A DNA stretch of 64,000 bases. Origin: Nannocystis sp. SCPEA4. Its GTDB lineage: Bacteria; Myxococcota_A; Polyangia; Nannocystales; Nannocystaceae. The translations under genes and the position numbers were made by a program. Location of the stretch: NCBI RefSeq assembly GCF_026626685.1, contig NZ_JAPNJX010000001.1, positions 12,752 to 76,751 of the forward strand. The letters run 5' to 3'. The notes under the pieces were generated by a model that saw only the letters and a list, made by a program, of their open reading frames with translations, was not told where the DNA came from and ran no database searches. Positions 57,112 to 64,000 of the stretch are shown here, one piece after another. How positions within the stretch are numbered: position 1 is the first letter of the stretch; every line of letters starts with the position of its first letter.

Positions 57112-57498
57112 GTCGCCGGGATCGGCCCCCCGAATAAACCGGTGCGCTTCGCCATGAACCATCGACCACGCGCGAATTCGGCGGCGCCGCCTCACGCGCC
57201 AAGCGCCATGTGGGCCCGGGTCGCCCACGCCTCGGTAGCCGTCGCAAGTGGCCTGCGGGCGCCCAGCCGCGCCTTCCGGCCCGGTGGCGGCGAAAAACCC
57301 CGGCGTTTCCCGACTCCCCCGCGGCCCCGCCGAGGCGCCTTTACCGGGTTGCGACCGCCTGGTGCGCGTGCCCCTTCGCGGCCGGACTGCGATATCATCT
57401 CCGTCCGACCTCCGAGGTGCCATGGGCCCGTGCTTGCCAGCCGAATTTGTTCTGCCCTATCATCGGCGAAACATGCAGCCAGCGAAGGATAGCGCCCC

Positions 57499-58314
57499 AT
57501 GGAAGTGACTTTCTGGGGCACCCGGGGCAGCATTCCAGTTTCCGGGCCGAAGTACGTGGAGTTCGGCGGGAACACGCCCTGCCTTCAGATCGCGCTCGAG
57601 AGCACGACGGACACCATCATCTTCGACTCGGGCTCGGGCATCCGCGAACTCGGCATCCGACTCGTCCAGACTCGAGCCGCGCACTCGCGCGTCATCCACC
57701 TGTTTTTGACCCACGCTCACTGGGATCACATCCAGGGCTTCCCGTTCTTCCCGCCGGCCTTCATGCCGGACTTCCGGCTCCACATCTACTGCACGAAGGA
57801 CGCGCGCACGATCCTCGACCGCCAGATGTCGACGCCGTTCTTCCCCGTCGGCCTCGACGTGATGGGCTCGACCAAGCTGTTCCACCAGCTGCTCCCGCAA
57901 GAGGTCACGGCCATCGCCGAGGCGACGCTGCGCCACATCCCGCTGCCGCACCCGCAGGAGAGCACCGCCTTCCGCATCGACGAGCGCGGCAAGTCGATCG
58001 TGTTCGCCACCGACACCGAGCACGCGCCCGACCACATCAACGAGACGCTGCGTGACCTGGCCGAAGGGGCAGACGTCCTGATCTACGACGCCCAGTACAC
58101 CTCCGAGGAGTACAGCGCCGGCAAGCAGGGCTGGGGCCACAGCACCTTCTCCGAGGCCGTCAAGCTGGCCCGCGCCGCCCACGTCCGCAAGCTCGTGCTC
58201 TACAGCCACGACCCGACCCACGACGACGAGATGCTGCGCAAGATCGAGGCGGCCGCGCAGGAGCACTTCCCCAGCACCGTCGCCGCCCGCGACGGCATGA
58301 AGCTGACGCTCTGA
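57499..58314 (+). CDS. MBL-fold metallo-hydrolase
   Basis: HxHxDH motif LTHAHWDHIQG. RBS aaggatag precedes the ATG. Confidence 0.8.
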   Translation: MEVTFWGTRGSIPVSGPKYVEFGGNTPCLQIALESTTDTIIFDSGSGIRELGIRLVQTRAAHSRVIHLFLTHAHWDHIQGFPFFPPAFMPDFRLHIYCTKDARTILDRQMSTPFFPVGLDVMGSTKLFHQLLPQEVTAIAEATLRHIPLPHPQESTAFRIDERGKSIVFATDTEHAPDHINETLRDLAEGADVLIYDAQYTSEEYSAGKQGWGHSTFSEAVKLARAAHVRKLVLYSHDPTHDDEMLRKIEAAAQEHFPSTVAARDGMKLTL

Positions 58315-58405
58315 CCGCTTTCGCTGGCCGCCAGGACATGTCCTCGCGGCCAGGCTAGTTGGTTGTCGCTACACGAGCTCGTCGCTCGCGGCCTGTCGCT
58401 GCCGC

Positions 58406-59712
58406 TCAGGCGACCAGGCGCCCGACCGCGAGCGACCCCTCGGCCCGCTCGACCTCGATCCACGCCGACCGCCCCAGCAGCGCGTCGTCGCCGGCCGCCA
58501 GCACCGTCAAGCCGTTGTCCGCGCGCCCGACCAGCAGCCCCGTCCGGCGGTGACGCGAGCGGTGGATCACCGCCGACACTCGCCGGCCGACCTGCGCCGC
58601 CGCGAACGCCTGCTGCTTCGCCGCCGACAACGCCCGCAGCGCCGTCGCGCGGCGCTGCTTGAGCGCCGCATCGACCTGCCCTGAAAGACAGGCCGCGTCC
58701 GTCCCCGCCCGCGGCGAGTACGAGAACACGTGCAGGTACGCCAGCGGCAGCGACTCGAGCAGCGCATGGGTGTTCGCGAAAGCCGCCTCCGACTCGCCGG
58801 GGAAGCCGACGATCACGTCGGTGCCGACGCCGATCCCCGGCACGACCTCGGCGAGGCGAGGCACCAGCGCGCGCAGGTCGGCGGCCGTGTGGGCGCGACG
58901 CATCCGTCGCAGCGTGTCGTCGTCGCCGCTCTGCACCGGCAGGTGGAGATACCGGCACAGCCGCGGCTCGCCGGCCAGCAGCGTCACCAGGTCGTCGTCG
59001 ACCTCGTGCGGATCGACCGAGCCGAGGCGCAGCCGCGCCGCCCCGACATGCGGCAGCAATTCGGCGACCAGCCCCGACAGCGACGCGCGCGGCCGCAGGT
59101 CGCGGCCGTAGATCCCGAGGTGCACTCCGGTCAGCACCACCTCGGGCACCCCGGCCGCCACCAGTTCCTGCAGCTGCGCCCGCACCTCGTCGGGCGCCAC
59201 GCTCGCGCTGCGCCCGCGGACCCGCGGCACCACACAGAAGCTGCAGCGGTAGTCGCAGCCGTCCTGGATCTTCAGGTACGCCCGGCTGCGCCGCGGGTCG
59301 GCGGCGGGGCGCAGCCGGGCCACGCGGACCCGCCGGGCCAGGTCGACCGGCGCCACGTGGATCTCCGGGACATGTCCATCTGCACATGTCCCCGAGAGCA
59401 GCTCCATCAGCCGCTCCTTCTCGCGGTTACCGACCACCAGCGTCACCCCCGGCAGCGCCGCGGCCTCCTCGGGAGCGGCCGTCGCCCAGCAGCCGGTGAC
59501 CACCACCTTCGCACCGGCGCGCGCGGCCCGGCGCACGTGCTGGCGCGCGTCGGCGTCGGCCTCGTGGGTGATCGTGCAGGTGTTGACGACCACCAGCTCC
59601 GGCGCGGCCTCGGCGTCGACGACCGTGTGGCCGGCCGCGCGAGCCATCTGTTCGAGGGCGTCGGACTCGAACTGGTTGAGGCGGCAGCCGTGCGTGGCGA
59701 ACGCGACGCGCA

Positions 59713-59713
<1 letters not shown>
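58406..59713 (-). CDS. mtaB: tRNA methylthiotransferase MtaB-like radical SAM enzyme
   Basis: MTTase N-domain (FATHGCRLNQFES, VVNTCTI), radical SAM CDYRCSFC, and a TRAM-like C-terminus. The start overlaps the stop of the upstream kinase gene. Confidence 0.85.
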
Positions 59714-61758
<2,045 letters not shown>

Positions 61759-61773
61759 CGCGCTCGCAGGACG

Positions 61774-62367
61774 CTAGCACGGCCGGCGCGGGCGGAAAAG
61801 CTGGCGCCGACCCCGGGAACGCGCTGTCTCGGCCGCCGCTGCCCGCCACTGCCCGGGCGCGAGGCCTTCGACCGTCCACGGTCCGATCGCCCAGCGAACC
61901 AAACGCAACGTCGGCAACCCCACCGCGGCCGTCATGCGACGCACCTGGCGGTTTCGGCCCTCGCGCAGAACGAGTTCCAACCAGCAGGTCGGGATCGTCA
62001 GGCGCGTGCGAATCGGCGGTGTTCGCTCCCACAACTCTGGTGGGTCGACGAGCCTCACCTCGGCGGGTGCGGTCGGGCCGTCGCGGAGGACCACACCTGC
62101 GCGCAGGCGGTCCAGCGCCGCCTCCGTGGCGATGCCCTCGACCTGCACCAGATAGCGCTTGGGCAGCTTGTGTCGTGGATCGCTGAGCCGGTGTTGCAGC
62201 GCCCCGTCGTCCGTCAGCACCACCAGGCCCTCGCTGTCGAAGTCGAGGCGACCGGCGGCGTACACGCCAGGCACGTCGATGAATTCGGCCAGGGTCGGCC
62301 GACCCTCGCGGTCGGTGAATTGCGTCAGCACCCCGTAGGGCTTGTTGAACAGGAGCACCTGCGACAC
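61774..62367 (-). CDS. rluE: RsuA/RluE-family rRNA pseudouridine synthase
   Basis: [14 protein letters not shown] and [19 protein letters not shown] (catalytic Asp) motifs, with a GTG start. The long upstream ORF extension is treated as an artefact. Confidence 0.72.
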   Translation of the reverse strand: MSQVLLFNKPYGVLTQFTDREGRPTLAEFIDVPGVYAAGRLDFDSEGLVVLTDDGALQHRLSDPRHKLPKRYLVQVEGIATEAALDRLRAGVVLRDGPTAPAEVRLVDPPELWERTPPIRTRLTIPTCWLELVLREGRNRQVRRMTAAVGLPTLRLVRWAIGPWTVEGLAPGQWRAAAAETARSRGRRQLFRPRRPC

Positions 62368-62577
62368 GCCGCTCAATTCTGACGCTGCTCCGGGTTTCGC
62401 GGCCGCCGCAGCGACGCTTGCATCCTCACGAACCTCGTGTTGGCCGCGCTGGCGGCCTCTGGGGGTGAGATCCCCCGGATCTTCGCGCGCAGCCGTGCCT
62501 GTGGCCTGGACGCCCTCGGTTCGAGGAAGTACCACAGTGCGACGGCGCCTGCGCGCCGCGGCTCGAAACGAGGAATC

Positions 62578-64000
62578 GTGAGCACCACCAGCTTCTCCGT
62601 CGACCTCCGCGATCTCCACTTCGTCCTCTTCGACCAGCTCGCCGCGCACGAGCAGCTCGCCGCGATCCCGCGCTTCGCCGAGCTCGACCGTGAGGTGTAC
62701 GAGGCCACCCTCGACGAGGGCAAGCGCCTGGCGACCGAGGTGCTCGCGCCGATCAATGCCCCGGGCGATCTCGAAGGATGCACGCTCGACGGCGACGGCA
62801 ACGTGAAGACCCCGAAGGGCTACCGCGAGGCGTGGGAGACCATGCGCGCCGGCGGCTGGCTGGCGGCCTCGGCGCCGAGCGAGCTCGGCGGCAGCGGCCT
62901 GCCCTTCACCATGCACGTCAGCCTGAGCGAGATGATGTGCGGCGCCTGCATGGCGTTCATGATGTACGCCGGCCTCAGCGTCGGCGCCGCGCGGGTGATC
63001 CTGGCCCACGGTCCGGCGGACACGCGGGAGATGATCGCCCGCAAGATGTTCACCGGCGAGTGGGGCGGCACGATGTGTCTCACCGAGGCGGGTGCCGGCA
63101 GCTCGGTCGGCGACAACCGCTGCCGGGCCACGCCGACCGACGAGCCCGGGGTCTACCTGCTCGAGGGCGAGAAGATCTTCATCAGCGGCGGCGACCAGGA
63201 CCTCACCGACAACATCGTCCACCTGGTGCTCGCACGCACCCCGAACGCCGGCAAGGGCACCAAGGGCCTGTCGCTGTTCATGGTCCCCAAGTACGAGTTC
63301 ACCGACGGCGGTGTGCTCGGGGCCCGCAACGCCGCCAAGGTGCTGCGCATCGAGGAGAAGATGGGCATCCACGGCTCCTCGACCTGCGTGCTCGGCCTCG
63401 GCGGCGACGCTCCGTGTCGCGGCGTGCTGATCGGCCAGGAGAACCAGGGCATCGAGCTGATGTTCCTGATGATGAACGAGGCGCGGATCGGCGTCGCCGT
63501 GCAGGGCCACGCCGTCGCCGCCGCCGCCTACAACTACGCCCGCGGCTACGCCCGCGACCGCATCCAGGGCCAGTCGATCCGCGAGGCCCGCAGCCAGGAC
63601 GCCCCCAGCGTGGCGATCGTCCAGCACCCGGACGTGCGCCGCATGCTGATGACCCAGAAGGTCTACACCGAGGCGATGCGGTCGCTCCTGCTGCGCATGG
63701 CGCTGAGCGTCGACCGCGAGCACGGTAGCGAAGACGCGGCCGAGCGCGAGCGCCTGCGCGGCCGCATCGACCTGCTCACGCCGATCCTCAAGGCCACCTG
63801 CACCGACCTCGGCTTCGAGGTCGCCGTCGGCGCGGTCCAGGTCTACGGCGGCTACGGCTACATCGGCGAGTACCCGGTCGAGCAGCTCGTCCGCGACGTC
63901 AAGATCTGCTCGATCTACGAGGGCACCAACGGCATCCAGGCCATGGACCTGGTCGGCCGCAAGCTGCGGGTCGGCGGCGGCGCGCTGTTCATCGACTGGA
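62578..64000 (+). CDS. acyl-CoA dehydrogenase (long-type, FadE-like), 3'-truncated by window end
   Basis: RBS gaggaa followed by GTG. ACAD middle and C-terminal motifs ([22 protein letters not shown]). The frame is open to the end of the window. Confidence 0.85.
   Translation, partial: MSTTSFSVDLRDLHFVLFDQLAAHEQLAAIPRFAELDREVYEATLDEGKRLATEVLAPINAPGDLEGCTLDGDGNVKTPKGYREAWETMRAGGWLAASAPSELGGSGLPFTMHVSLSEMMCGACMAFMMYAGLSVGAARVILAHGPADTREMIARKMFTGEWGGTMCLTEAGAGSSVGDNRCRATPTDEPGVYLLEGEKIFISGGDQDLTDNIVHLVLARTPNAGKGTKGLSLFMVPKYEFTDGGVLGARNAAKVLRIEEKMGIHGSSTCVLGLGGDAPCRGVLIGQENQGIELMFLMMNEARIGVAVQGHAVAAAAYNYARGYARDRIQGQSIREARSQDAPSVAIVQHPDVRRMLMTQKVYTEAMRSLLLRMALSVDREHGSEDAAERERLRGRIDLLTPILKATCTDLGFEVAVGAVQVYGGYGYIGEYPVEQLVRDVKICSIYEGTNGIQAMDLVGRKLRVGGGALFIDW

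Noticed and set aside
57192-57575. 127-aa minus-strand ORF overlapping the promoter and start of the MBL hydrolase gene
   Set aside because: No protein-like features. The region is better explained as the 5' UTR, RBS and start of the plus-strand MBL gene.
61774-63723. 649-aa minus-strand ORF extending rluE upstream across the acyl-CoA dehydrogenase region
   Set aside because: Only the last ~197 codons look like a pseudouridine synthase. The plus strand from 62578 encodes an obvious acyl-CoA dehydrogenase with an RBS.

Overview
This is a ~72% GC chromosomal segment that looks myxobacterial (Myxococcota/Polyangia-like). The cues are TPR Ser/Thr kinases, Myxococcus cysteine-rich repeats, an OmpA lipoprotein with TSP3 repeats, and many lipoproteins. 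The recognisable housekeeping genes are a mutM 3' end, gcvT-gcvH, pmbA-tldD, a hybrid histidine kinase, a TatD-L3-RlmE stretch, typA, a complete trpEGDCF operon, glyA, maf, yggS, mtaB, rluE, and a 5' partial acyl-CoA dehydrogenase at the right edge. Accessory content includes a translationally coupled KS-CLF-dehydratase-FabG-halogenase operon fused to glyA, an HcnABC/opine-oxidase-like three-gene dehydrogenase, lipoproteins with eukaryote-like domains (LDL-receptor class A, fibrinogen-like, TSP3), a fused ECF sigma/anti-sigma gene, and a divergent L3 paralogue next to rlmE. The most striking thing in the window is a very dense family of short palindromic repeats with core GGACATGTCC / CCTGTCC. 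The repeats occur as degenerate 12-13 bp tandem arrays in about 20 intergenic spacers, including intercistronic ones, and also appear to sit in frame inside otherwise conserved genes. No rRNA, tRNA, CRISPR array or IS element was recognised. Many long ORFs in the six-frame track are GC-rich antisense or upstream artefacts of real genes.
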